From positions 5,146,001 to 5,210,000 of the forward strand of contig CM035356.1 of the NCBI GenBank assembly GCA_020137815.1: a stretch of DNA of 64,000 nucleotides. Direction: 5' to 3'. This document shows, one piece after another, positions 1 through 9,826 of this stretch. The translations under genes were made by a program, and so were the position numbers. The notes beneath the pieces were generated by a model. That model was not told where the DNA came from. It ran no database searches and was given only the letters and a program-made list of their open reading frames with translations. The stretch's first letter is position 1; each line of letters starts with the position of its first letter. The DNA comes from Hormiphora californensis. Taxonomy: Eukaryota; Animalia; Ctenophora.

Positions 1-507
<507 letters not shown>

Positions 508-927
508 TCAAATGTTTCTAATTGAGGGGACAATTATTTGCAGGTCCAGGGATTGCTTGCCAAGACTCTCTGAGCTGCACAGATGCCACGGAGAGTAACA
601 CATGACGTGATGGTGGAATCAGGATACTTATTGATGAATGATGATGGACCATATAGTTATTTCCGCACAAGGTTTTCGAAACACAAAATGTTGTAAACAT
701 CATGATCAAACATCGCTTTATTTCTTCCGAGGAATGGATCTTTTTTGCCTTTTTATCAAAACATATACGTGGATTGCACGAAGTTTCTCTCGACTCCCTT
801 CAACAATTGACTTGAGAAGATTTCTCTTGCACGTGACATGCACCAGAACAGGGAAGCAGATAATCCTTTACCCTGGACATGATTCCTGGGCATGAGTAGA
901 AACCCCCCCCCCCCCACCTGGCGGAGG

Positions 928-934
928 TATAAAA
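928..934 (+). promoter_or_regulatory. TATA box of the Cys-rich peptide gene
   Basis: TATAAAA about 90 nt upstream of the ATG at 1024. Confidence 0.5.
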
Positions 935-1023
935 TACACTGAGCTTCCCACTGCAGCTTACCCAGAATCAGCTACAGCTCACAATCCCTTTCTCTGATCT
1001 CTCTGATCCTTATTGTTGCCACT

Positions 1024-2834
1024 ATGAAAGTGTTCCTGTTCCTCATTGTTGCCGTGGTTACAACCTACACTTCTCCTGTTCACGACATGAAATGCTGTAA
1101 ACAGGTGAGTGTCAACTTCCATCTCTAACTTCGCTTTCCCTGGTTTACTAACCCCTTACCTCCCTCCCTGACCCCTTCACCAGATCTCTAACCCCTTACC
1201 TCCCTCCCTGACCCCTTCACCAGATCTCTAACACCCTCCCTCCCTGACCCCTTCACCAGATCTCTAACCCCTTACCTCCCTCCCTGACCCCTTCACCAGA
1301 TCTCTAACACCCTCCCTCCCTGACCCCCTCACCAGATCTCTAACCCCTTACCTCCCTGACCCCTTCACCAGATCTCTAACCCCTTACCTCCCTCCCTGAC
1401 CCCTTCACCAGATCTCTAACACCCTCCCTCCCTGACCCCCTCACCAGATCTCTAACCCCTTACCTCCCTCCCTGACCCCTTCACCAGATCTCTAACCCCT
1501 CCCTCCCTGACCCCTTCACCAGATCTCTAACCCCCTAACTCCCTGACCCCCTCACCAGATCCCTAACCCCCTCCCTCCCTGACCCCTTCACCAGATCTCT
1601 AACCCCTAACCTCCCTCCCTGACCCCTTCACCAGATCTCTAACCCACTCCCTCCTCCCTGACCCCTTCACCAGATCTCTAACCCCCTAACTCCCTGACCC
1701 CCTCACCAGATCCCTAACCCCCTCCCTCCCTGATCCCCTCACCAGATCTCTAACCCCCTCACTCCTCCCTGACCCCCTCACCAGATCTCTAACCCCCTCC
1801 CTCCCTGACCCCCTCACCAGATCTCTAACACCCTCCCTCCCTGACCCCCTCACCAGATCTCTAACCCCCTCCCTCCCTGACCCTCTCACCAGATCTCTAA
1901 CCCCATCCCTCCCTAACCCCCTCACCAGATCTCTAACCCCCTCCCTGACCCCCTCACCAGATCTCCAACCCCCTCCCTCCCTGACCCTCTCACCAGATCT
2001 CTAACCCCCCTCCCTGACCCCTTCACCAGATCTCTAACCCCCTCCCTCCTCCCTGACCCCCTCACCAGATCTCTAACCCCCTCCCTCCCTGACCCCCTCA
2101 CCAGATCTCTAACCCACTCCCACCTCCCTGACCCCCTCACCAGATCTCTAACCCCCTTCCTCCCTGACCCCCTCACCAGATCTCTAACCCCCTCCCTCCC
2201 TGACCCCTTCACCAGATCTCTAACCCCCTCCCTCCCTGACCCCTCCCTCTCTCCCTGGTGTAGCGACTATCTCCCTCGGCCTCCCTCTCTCGGCTCTCCC
2301 TTCCCCTCCCTCCCTGGTGTAACTAGTAACTACTAACCCACTCCCCCTCCCTCCCTCCCCCTCTCTCCCTCCCTAGTCCCTGGTGTAACGACTTAACCCC
2401 CTCCCCCCCCCTCTAAACCCCCTCCCTCTCTCTCCTCACCAGGATCCCGACTCCCTGGAGTGTGCCTGGTGAGGGGTGTAACGATTTCTGCTGTGGGTGC
2501 AACTCATGTGGAGAAAGTGATCCTGAAGTGTGATTGGATTGAGTGTGCTATTGCAATTGCTAAGTGTGTTGACGCTTGCTGTGAGGGATCCTGCCTCAGC
2601 TCCGCTTCCTGTATCGGTAGGGGTTTACGTTTCTACTTTTAAGTGCTTTCATACATGCCCAAAGCTTTCTAAAGTTGCTTATTTAGGCAGATTATATCAG
2701 CTTGTAATCCTTCCCCTCTTTGCACAGGTTGCCTTGGTTCCAGCTACGAGACCTGCAAGGACTGTTGGTCTGAATCTGAGGGTGACCGATTCAGGAACCT
2801 GGTTATGAAGGGAGTCAGGAGCATCACCGCCTAG
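1024..2834 (+). CDS. Small secreted cysteine-rich peptide precursor, 3 exons, apparent frameshifts in exon 2
   Basis: Exon 1 (1024-1104) MKVFLFLIVAVVTTYTSPVHDMKCCKQ has a signal peptide and GTGAGT donor. Exon 2 (2443-2616) reads DPDSLECA / GEGCNDFCCGCNSCGESD / LKCDWIECAIAIAKCVDACCEGSCLSSASCI across three frames. Exon 3 (2728-2834) GCLGSSYETCKDCWSESEGDRFRNLVMKGVRSITA* joins exon 2 in the correct phase. Confidence 0.7.
1145..2245. repeat. Intronic minisatellite, ~30-37 bp unit (ccctgacccc(t/c)tcaccagatctctaaccccctccct)
   Basis: About 30 tandem copies. They explain the repetitive ORFs at 1686-2212. Confidence 0.95.
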
Positions 2835-2938
2835 TTATGAAGGGAGTCAGGAGCATCACCGCCTAGTTATGAAGGGAGTCAGGAGCATCACCGCCTAGTT
2901 ATGAAGGGAGTCAGGACTCATGAGCATCACCGCCTAGT
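2802..2938 (+). repeat. 32-bp tandem repeat x4 spanning the stop codon
   Basis: gttatgaagggagtcaggagcatcaccgccta at 2802, 2834, 2866 and 2898 (the last copy has a small insertion). Confidence 0.95.
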
Positions 2939-3029
2939 TCAAACTGAAGACTTCATATCAGTGAAGTCAGCCTGATATTGGTCCGACCACTGATATTTAC
3001 TTTGAGAACTGTTGATGAGTCAGAATTTG

Positions 3030-3407
3030 GGTAGGCGGTAAATGTTAACCAGATCTGAGAGTGAGAGAAAACGTACGTGCAAAACCACGTTTTTGTCCAT
3101 AACTCAGTCATTTCTTGACCAATTTGCAAAATCTTGGGTGCGTTGGAAAGAGGACATTAAGCTCTTTTAAATGAGCCCAATAAAACTAAAATTGGCGCAA
3201 ATTGCGCGGCGTCATGGCGAAAAATGCGCGTTTTCGCCACCGCGCCGCGCAATTTACGCCAATTTTCATTTTCTTGAGCTCATTTGAGAGATCTCAATAT
3301 CCTCTTTCCAATGAGCCAAAGATTTTGCAAATTGGTCAAGAAATGGCTGAGTTATGGGCAAAAACGTGCGAAATTCTCACAGATCTGGTTAACATTTACC
3401 GCCTACC
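3030..3407. mobile_element. Palindromic MITE with 9-bp TSD (Mutator-like)
   Basis: TIR ggtaggcggtaaatgttaaccagatctg. TSD cagaatttg at 3021-3029 and 3408-3416. Confidence 0.85.
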
Positions 3408-3646
3408 CAGAATTTGTGTCGATACTTTGCTGTGTTGTTGTTAAAATTTTTCATAAGTATGGGATTTTCGATTTTTTGTAGATTAATTGTTTAAAATGAT
3501 AAATTTAATATTTTTCGCATATAATTAAAGCGTCTAATTAATTCTATGTTGTGACACGCGAAGTTTTTCTTAAATCCATGCGTAAAGGAGCCGCGCGTAA
3601 AAGTCAAGATTGGTTCGCGCGGCGCAAATTTCAAGTTGGCAAACCT

Positions 3647-3866
3647 AGTGGAAGCTCTTACGGTAATTCCCACGCCCCGTGGGAAAGTTTTTGACCGTGG
3701 GAAAGGTTTCAAAGCGTGGGAAAAGAGAGATACATACAATAACTTTTAAAAAATAATTATTTTTTTAATGTTATTGTATGTATCTCTCTTTTCCCACGCT
3801 TTGAAAACTTTCCCACGGTCGAAAACTTTCCCACGGGGCGTGGGAATTACCGTAAGAGCTTCCACT
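3647..3866. mobile_element. Palindromic MITE
   Basis: Long near-perfect inverted repeat agtggaagctcttacggtaattcccacgcc. Flanked by aacct on both sides (5-bp TSD); a TA TSD reading is also possible. Confidence 0.8.
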
Positions 3867-3872
3867 AACCTC

Positions 3873-4097
3873 TAAAGTCGGATTTTTTGAAACTGTCACC
3901 CCCTGGGTATTTTCAAATTTCGTAAATGACCATAAATCCGGTTCCTGACGAGATAGAGACTTGAAATTTGGAGGTTACCATGATCTTGCTAAGTTCTTCC
4001 GAACCTCCAAATTTCAAGTCTCTATCTTATCAGGAACCGGAGATATGGCAAATTTTGTTATTTTAGGGGGGTGACAGTTTCAAAAAATCCGACTTTA
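3873..4097. mobile_element. Palindromic repeat (taaagtcggattttttgaaactgtcacccc family)
   Basis: Terminal IR of ~30 bp plus an internal hairpin. A related copy lies at 48803-48958. Confidence 0.75.
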
Positions 4098-4261
4098 TAA
4101 TTTGAAGATGTTTTCGGGCCAGCGTTGGAATGCGCTGCAGCCCCCTCATGCGCGCACCCCCGCAACGAGGGGACTGAAGGGAATGCCGCGCGCGCGTTTG
4201 GCCTGAGCCCGGCTGGGTCGAAGATAACTTTGCGGTCGAAAAAACGGCGGTGCTTATAACT

Positions 4262-4302
4262 TTTCAAACTTTTCAACACTACTTTAAACAAATTAATTTG
4301 AG
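4262..4302 (+). other. Genomic copy of the ctenophore spliced-leader exon at a LINE 5' end
   Basis: tttcaaacttttcaacactactttaaacaaattaatttgag is identical to the reverse complement of 48695-48735. It matches the Pleurobrachia SL as I recall it (not checked). Confidence 0.85.
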
Positions 4303-4306
4303 GTTT

Positions 4307-5554
4307 ATGGAACCGCCCCTCATGGGCAGTCCGACGCTAATGGACGGGGCAGCCGTTTCTTCCTCCCATGTCCCTGATCCCACACACCAACTCCAACAAG
4401 CGCTGATCAACGAGAACCTTCTTCACCTGTTGGACGAGGATTCTGAACTTCCTCCGAGAAACCCAGACCGAAAATCATTGTGGGCACTGCTAAAACAGTC
4501 ATACCAGGCGGTATGTGCACTTACTGATGCTCTAGCTCTCAACACTCGTCAAACTCCTTCGTCCAATGAAAATGACCCTCTCGATAATCTCAATGTTATA
4601 GAAGACATGAACAATCATCTAGAAAAATTCAAGGAAGATATACTATCTGCAGTAACCGACAGAATTACTGCTGCGATGAAACCTCTGAACCAGGCAGCGC
4701 CATATGCTCATGCTACTGCTGCTGCTGCTGCTGCAACCCTTACGCCAGTCCGCACTCCTACCCTACCACCTAAACCGTCTTTCAGTGATATTCCCAAACC
4801 AGCACTTCCGTGGCGAAAAATCTACATTGACTGCGAAGAGATTGATATCGACGAGGTCCAGAAGTTAAGTGAAAATGCTCTCTCCAAGACGAAAGTGTCA
4901 AGAATGGACAAAAAGAAAAACTTGGTCATCGTGACCGTACCAGAGAGTGAGGGTCAGAAAGCAGCTGACGCCCTTAGCACGGGTCTACGTACCAAGACAG
5001 TAAGAGTGAGATCAGATCCAACAAGCAAACTCACGGTCCTAAATTTTCCCATCTCTGATTCTATTAATCAAGAAGACGATAGACGAAAACGAAGTGAAAT
5101 CATCATAGAAGTCCTACAGGAGAAGAATCCGGAACTACAGGGCATTGCTGTGGATGTTGTGTCTTACAGAAAAAACTATCGGAATCCTGAACTCGCTACC
5201 ATCGGTCTACGCCTACCCACTCAAACAAAGAGACAACTCCTTCGCCAGAGGGTAGTCTTCGTTGGATACACTGCGTGTAACGTTGTCGACAGAATACACG
5301 TGTTACAGTGCTACAAATGCCAAGGCTTCCATCACTCAGCAGCAGGCTGTGATCGAGACTCAGTGTGTGCACACTGCTCAAAAAACCACGAATCAAAGGA
5401 CTGTCCAGAAAAATCGAACACAGACTTTCTTCCTTCATGTGTAAACTGTTCCCTGAATGGAAAGTCAAAGGACGATGTCTCCCACCGGGCAAACAGTACT
5501 GAGTGTCCGGCATACAAAGCTATATATGAAGCTACAAGGTCAAAAAACGAGTAG
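4307..5554 (+). CDS. LINE ORF1, gag-like nucleic-acid-binding protein with three Cys/His knuckles
   Basis: First ATG after the SL is at 4307. Motifs CYKCQGFHHSAAGC, CAHCSKNHESKDC, CVNC...HRANSTEC; ends SKNE*. Confidence 0.9.
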   Translation: MEPPLMGSPTLMDGAAVSSSHVPDPTHQLQQALINENLLHLLDEDSELPPRNPDRKSLWALLKQSYQAVCALTDALALNTRQTPSSNENDPLDNLNVIEDMNNHLEKFKEDILSAVTDRITAAMKPLNQAAPYAHATAAAAAATLTPVRTPTLPPKPSFSDIPKPALPWRKIYIDCEEIDIDEVQKLSENALSKTKVSRMDKKKNLVIVTVPESEGQKAADALSTGLRTKTVRVRSDPTSKLTVLNFPISDSINQEDDRRKRSEIIIEVLQEKNPELQGIAVDVVSYRKNYRNPELATIGLRLPTQTKRQLLRQRVVFVGYTACNVVDRIHVLQCYKCQGFHHSAAGCDRDSVCAHCSKNHESKDCPEKSNTDFLPSCVNCSLNGKSKDDVSHRANSTECPAYKAIYEATRSKNE

Positions 5555-5562
5555 AGGTAAAG

Positions 5563-8466
5563 TTGGCCACTCTGAACTGTTTTTCTCTGAGAAACAAGGT
5601 TGATGATATTTTACTGACTATCATAGACAATGATATTGATGCTGTTTGTTTGACCGAAACTTGGTTACATGCTATTGAGAGTGCTATTGAGAGTCAAATT
5701 AGTGAGCTTGGGTATAGGTTAGTTAGTGTTGCACGTGGTTCTAGAGGGGGTGGTGTAGCTATTCTCATGAAAAACTCCTTTCATTTCACTCAGTTCAATC
5801 ACTCTTTCTCATCAATGGAATGTATTGAATTATTGCTGACTCATTCAAACTGCATGCCGCTTCGATTACTTGGTGTATACCGCTCCCCATCCCAATCCCA
5901 TTCGGTTTTCTTGGAGGAGTTCGAGACACTACTTCATGGTCTGGCTGAAAGGTCGGGAGAGGTCGTCATAACTGGTGATTTCAACATACATGTACAGAAC
6001 ATACATGATAGTTTTGCCAAATCCTTCTGTGGACTCCTTGATGATCACTACTTTCACCAGTCGGTAAACACCGCCACTCATGTCTCAGGTGGAATACTCG
6101 ATCTAGTTCTCACGAAGAATCTCCCTGATGCTCTTCCAATATCAAATCTTGCTGTAGAGATGACTCCTGCAGCTCCTGACCACGCACTAGTTTCGTTTAA
6201 CCTTCCAATCGGGGCTCCAATTCAGCGGAAGGACTTCATCTCCATTCAACGACGGGATATCAAGAATTTGGATGTGGATGAACTTCGATGCACCATACTG
6301 AAATCCCCACTCTGCGACACAGAAGAATTCCCTAGTGAACTGGTTGAGATCATTAAACTCTATGATGACCTTCTGTCCGAGTTTTTGGACGAACTTGCCC
6401 CGATTGAGAATAAGGTTGTTCCAGAAAATCCTAGCCCTCCCTGGTTTAATAGTGACTGTCAGGCGGCAAAACGGCGACGTAGGAAAGCCGAGCGTGATTT
6501 CAAGGCGTTACTGAAGAGAGATGTTCCCTCGCAGATACTGGTTGAATCTCTGAGGAATCTCAGACGCGAGGCGAAAGAGGCATCACGGTTCATCACTTCA
6601 ACCAGAGACGACTACTATCGGAGGAAACTGGAAGAGGCTGGGAATGACCAATCGGTAATATATCGAATTACGAATGGATTGCTTGGCAAGGAGAAGAATC
6701 CGAGCACACTACCGGAACATGATGACCCAGTTGATCTCTGTCAAAAATTCGTTCAGTATTTCAAGGAAAAAGTGGACAAAATATATTTGGACATCAAGAA
6801 ACTACGGACAGAAGACGTCACCGGAGGACCCGAAACTCCCAGCCCACCACAACTCGATTCCTTTCGTGCATTATCTAGTGAGGAGCTAGTTAAAATTGTT
6901 CGATCAATGAACTACAAACAATGTGACCTTGACCCTCTACCATCAAAATTGGTCGGAGAATGCATCCACGAACTGATGCCGATAATATTGGCTATTGTCA
7001 ACGGTAGCCTTACTAGTGGAGTGTTTCCCTCTACATTGAAAAAGGCCATGATACGACCGGTTTACAAAGGGAAAGGACTCGACTCGAACAGCATGTCAAG
7101 TTATCGACCGATTTCTAATCTGAGTTTTATCTCAAAGATTATTGAAAAGTGCGTTGCTCTACAGATTACAGAACATCTGGAAAGCCATGGACTTCTTGCC
7201 TCAGTTCAATCGGCATACAGACAGAAGCACTCCTGTGAAACAGCAACACTACGTATATTCAATGATCTGCTAGTTCTCACTGATAAACGGAATAAGGCCG
7301 TTCTTCTCCTCTTGGATCTATCCGCTGCTTTCGACACAGTCCCTCACAACATTCTCATTAGCCGATTGGACAAGATGTATGGAATCAAAGGGGTGGCTCT
7401 TGAGTGGTTCCAGTCATATCTGAAAGACCGGGTAGCAGTTGTCAAAATTGGCAAAAGTCAATCACTTCCTGTTAACATCGAAATAGGTGTACCGCAGGGA
7501 TCCATCCTCGGTCCGTTACTTTTTATTCTGTTCACTAAGGACTTGGAAGCTATAGCGGCACGACACAAAACCAAGATTCACCTATACGCTGACGATTCTC
7601 AGCTGTATGTCAGCTTCACAAATGATGCCTGGAACGAATGTGAGTCTCAACTCAAAAAATGTTTCTTGGAAATTAAAGCATGGATGGCATCCAGTTACCT
7701 GAAACTAAACCCGGCAAAAACTGAGTTGATGTTCATTTCCTCTCGAACTGATAATAGTCCAAACCCACTGGACTATTCAGATCCTCTAACATTGTGTGAT
7801 GAGGAAGGACCCCTCTCGGCGACCATCTTTCCCTCCCAGAGTGCCAAGAATCTGGGTGTTGTCTTTGATGAAAAACTTACCATGAAAGAACATGTTTCAA
7901 AAGTTGTGAAGGAATGTAACTATAACCTTGTCAACCTCCGTAGAATTGGAAACAAGCTACAGAGAAGACACAAGGTTCAGCTGGTCCATTCGCTCATCCA
8001 CTCTCGTCTGGACTACTGTAACGGCTTACTAATTGGTGCCGATAAATGTGACATTGCCAGATTGCAAAAAGTGCAGAACGCAGCGACTCGCTTTGTGTTT
8101 GGAAGGTGGCAGTGGAGGGGAGTTACAGACCTCAGGCGGCAATTACACTTTCTTCCAGTTGATGCTAGAATTGAATTTAAAATCTGTCTCATGGTTTTCA
8201 AGTGTCTAAACAATCAAGCACCACAATATCTTCAAAATCTAATAAACAAACGTCAGAGGAAAGGAAAATCACTACGTCACGACGGTGATCTGACCCTTTT
8301 GGAAAGGGATTTTTCAACCAAGTACAAAACCACACAGCGTGCATTTCAAGTTTCAGGCCCGAGGATCTGGAATCAACTTCCCATTGACATTCGCAACTGT
8401 TCAGACGAGGAAACTTTCAAATCCAGACTCAAAACCCACCTGTTTGAAAAGTCGTATGGTGTTTAG
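5563..8466 (+). CDS. LINE ORF2: apurinic-like endonuclease + reverse transcriptase
   Basis: Endonuclease motifs LTETW, GDFN, LDLV, PDH. RT motifs YRPISNL, DLSAAFDTV, GVPQGSILGP, YADD. L2-type C-terminus FKSRLKTHLF. No ATG at the start; the frame is open from 5530. Confidence 0.95.
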   Translation: MATLNCFSLRNKVDDILLTIIDNDIDAVCLTETWLHAIESAIESQISELGYRLVSVARGSRGGGVAILMKNSFHFTQFNHSFSSMECIELLLTHSNCMPLRLLGVYRSPSQSHSVFLEEFETLLHGLAERSGEVVITGDFNIHVQNIHDSFAKSFCGLLDDHYFHQSVNTATHVSGGILDLVLTKNLPDALPISNLAVEMTPAAPDHALVSFNLPIGAPIQRKDFISIQRRDIKNLDVDELRCTILKSPLCDTEEFPSELVEIIKLYDDLLSEFLDELAPIENKVVPENPSPPWFNSDCQAAKRRRRKAERDFKALLKRDVPSQILVESLRNLRREAKEASRFITSTRDDYYRRKLEEAGNDQSVIYRITNGLLGKEKNPSTLPEHDDPVDLCQKFVQYFKEKVDKIYLDIKKLRTEDVTGGPETPSPPQLDSFRALSSEELVKIVRSMNYKQCDLDPLPSKLVGECIHELMPIILAIVNGSLTSGVFPSTLKKAMIRPVYKGKGLDSNSMSSYRPISNLSFISKIIEKCVALQITEHLESHGLLASVQSAYRQKHSCETATLRIFNDLLVLTDKRNKAVLLLLDLSAAFDTVPHNILISRLDKMYGIKGVALEWFQSYLKDRVAVVKIGKSQSLPVNIEIGVPQGSILGPLLFILFTKDLEAIAARHKTKIHLYADDSQLYVSFTNDAWNECESQLKKCFLEIKAWMASSYLKLNPAKTELMFISSRTDNSPNPLDYSDPLTLCDEEGPLSATIFPSQSAKNLGVVFDEKLTMKEHVSKVVKECNYNLVNLRRIGNKLQRRHKVQLVHSLIHSRLDYCNGLLIGADKCDIARLQKVQNAATRFVFGRWQWRGVTDLRRQLHFLPVDARIEFKICLMVFKCLNNQAPQYLQNLINKRQRKGKSLRHDGDLTLLERDFSTKYKTTQRAFQVSGPRIWNQLPIDIRNCSDEETFKSRLKTHLFEKSYGV

Positions 8467-9341
8467 GATGGACTGTCCCATTAATTTATGTGTACATCTA
8501 TACGTCCGCTGCATGCATTGAGCTTCAGAATTATGGAGCAGTGATTCGCTCCACTCTTTTATTTCGTGATTAATCTCTTTTCTATGTAACTTATTACATT
8601 GATTTAACATATATTTTCATACATATAATTATTTCTTACTTAATCAAAAACATTAATTTATTATCTACTTATTATCATCATATCTGGGCTATTAATACCA
8701 CTCATATCATCTTTCTTTTCCACTTTGGGTTCACCGCTTTAGAAGGCTGGTAGGAGTGCTCTGGCGCTCATCGAGTAACTTTGTATGACGTTTATCACTC
8801 TTACTATTATTAGTCAAAAAGCGGGATGTTAAATGTACATTTTGATTGATTGATTGATTGAACTTTGGCTCCTGTAGTCCGTTTGACTTGATTCTTTCAC
8901 CAGTTGTTAGATCTGACGATTATCTACCTTGCTGTTTTTGAGAGAAGTTAATTAGACTTAAGGAGGCTGAGCAATAGCCGTTGAAAGATGGGTTGTTTTC
9001 AAAAAGTGACGTCACAGATTCCTGCAGGGACACCTTTTTTTAAATTTCATTCAAATTTCGATTTTACGGCACTCGATTTTGCGGAGTTTGGTTCATATCT
9101 CCTGTTCCTGATAAGATAGAGACCTGAAACCGGTTGCATTTAAAAGCTCTTATCTTCCTCTTTCCAACGCTACCAAAACGATTTCTGTACCTTATCTGGA
9201 ACCGGAGATATGATTGATTATGTATTCTCCCCCAGCGCGGTATTCCCTCCAGGCCCCTTATATTATATTATAAGGGGCCTGCAACGTATGCCAAGGCCAG
9301 CGTTAAAACCTGGGTGTTTCGTGAGTGCTGACAAACGGTTT

Positions 9342-9430
9342 TTAGGGTTAGGGCTAAAGTAGGGACTAGGGTTAGGGTTAGGGTTAGGGTTAGGGTTAGG
9401 GTTAGGGTTGGGGTTTGGGTTGGGGTTAGG
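9342..9430 (+). repeat. Interstitial telomere-like (TTAGGG)n
   Basis: About six perfect TTAGGG units with degenerate flanking units. Confidence 0.85.
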
Positions 9431-9826
9431 CCTTGACATTTCCTACCAGATAAACTTTGAATTAGCTAAAACAGTTGAGAGGTTCGGCGGTTAGAGCCGT
9501 TTTAGTGAATCAACTTTTGTCTTTTTTGGCAGCGCACACCTGTAAACAGGCCACCAAACACCCAGATCGTAACGGCGCCCATGTTTTCGGTGTGTGTGTG
9601 TGTGTGTGTTCTTCGCTCACTTAACGCAGGATAAACGGAGAACGGTTGTATTTTAGTTTAGGTAGCAAATCACTGATCACTCCCTAAGAAATGCATAAAT
9701 TGCTTGACAAAAAATGATTGAACAGTTTCCTCTGCAGTCTGCTCTATCAAATTGTGATGTGAAAGCTATTTCATTGTTAAGTTGATGTGATGTGAAAAGT
9801 GCCTTTCATTGTTTAGTTGATGGGAA

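Larger units (their letters stand above)
4262..8860 (+). mobile_element. Full-length intact non-LTR retrotransposon (L2/CR1 group, probably L2 clade)
   Basis: ORF1, ORF2 (APE+RT), 3' UTR and (TTGA)n tail at 8842-8860. TSD aacttt at 4258-4263 and 8861-8866. Confidence 0.92.

Noticed and set aside
2470-2472. In-frame TGA as selenocysteine in the Cys-rich peptide
   Set aside because: A TAA follows three codons later, and the Cys-rich sequence continues in other frames.
4250-4306. ORF1 N-terminal extension MLITFQTFQHYFKQINLRF from the ORF track
   Set aside because: This is translation of flank plus leader from a non-ATG codon; the real start is likely ATG 4307.
4262-4310. A functional SL RNA gene (the SL is followed by GT)
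   Set aside because: It runs straight into ORF1, lies inside the LINE's TSD, and the other two copies are not followed by GT.
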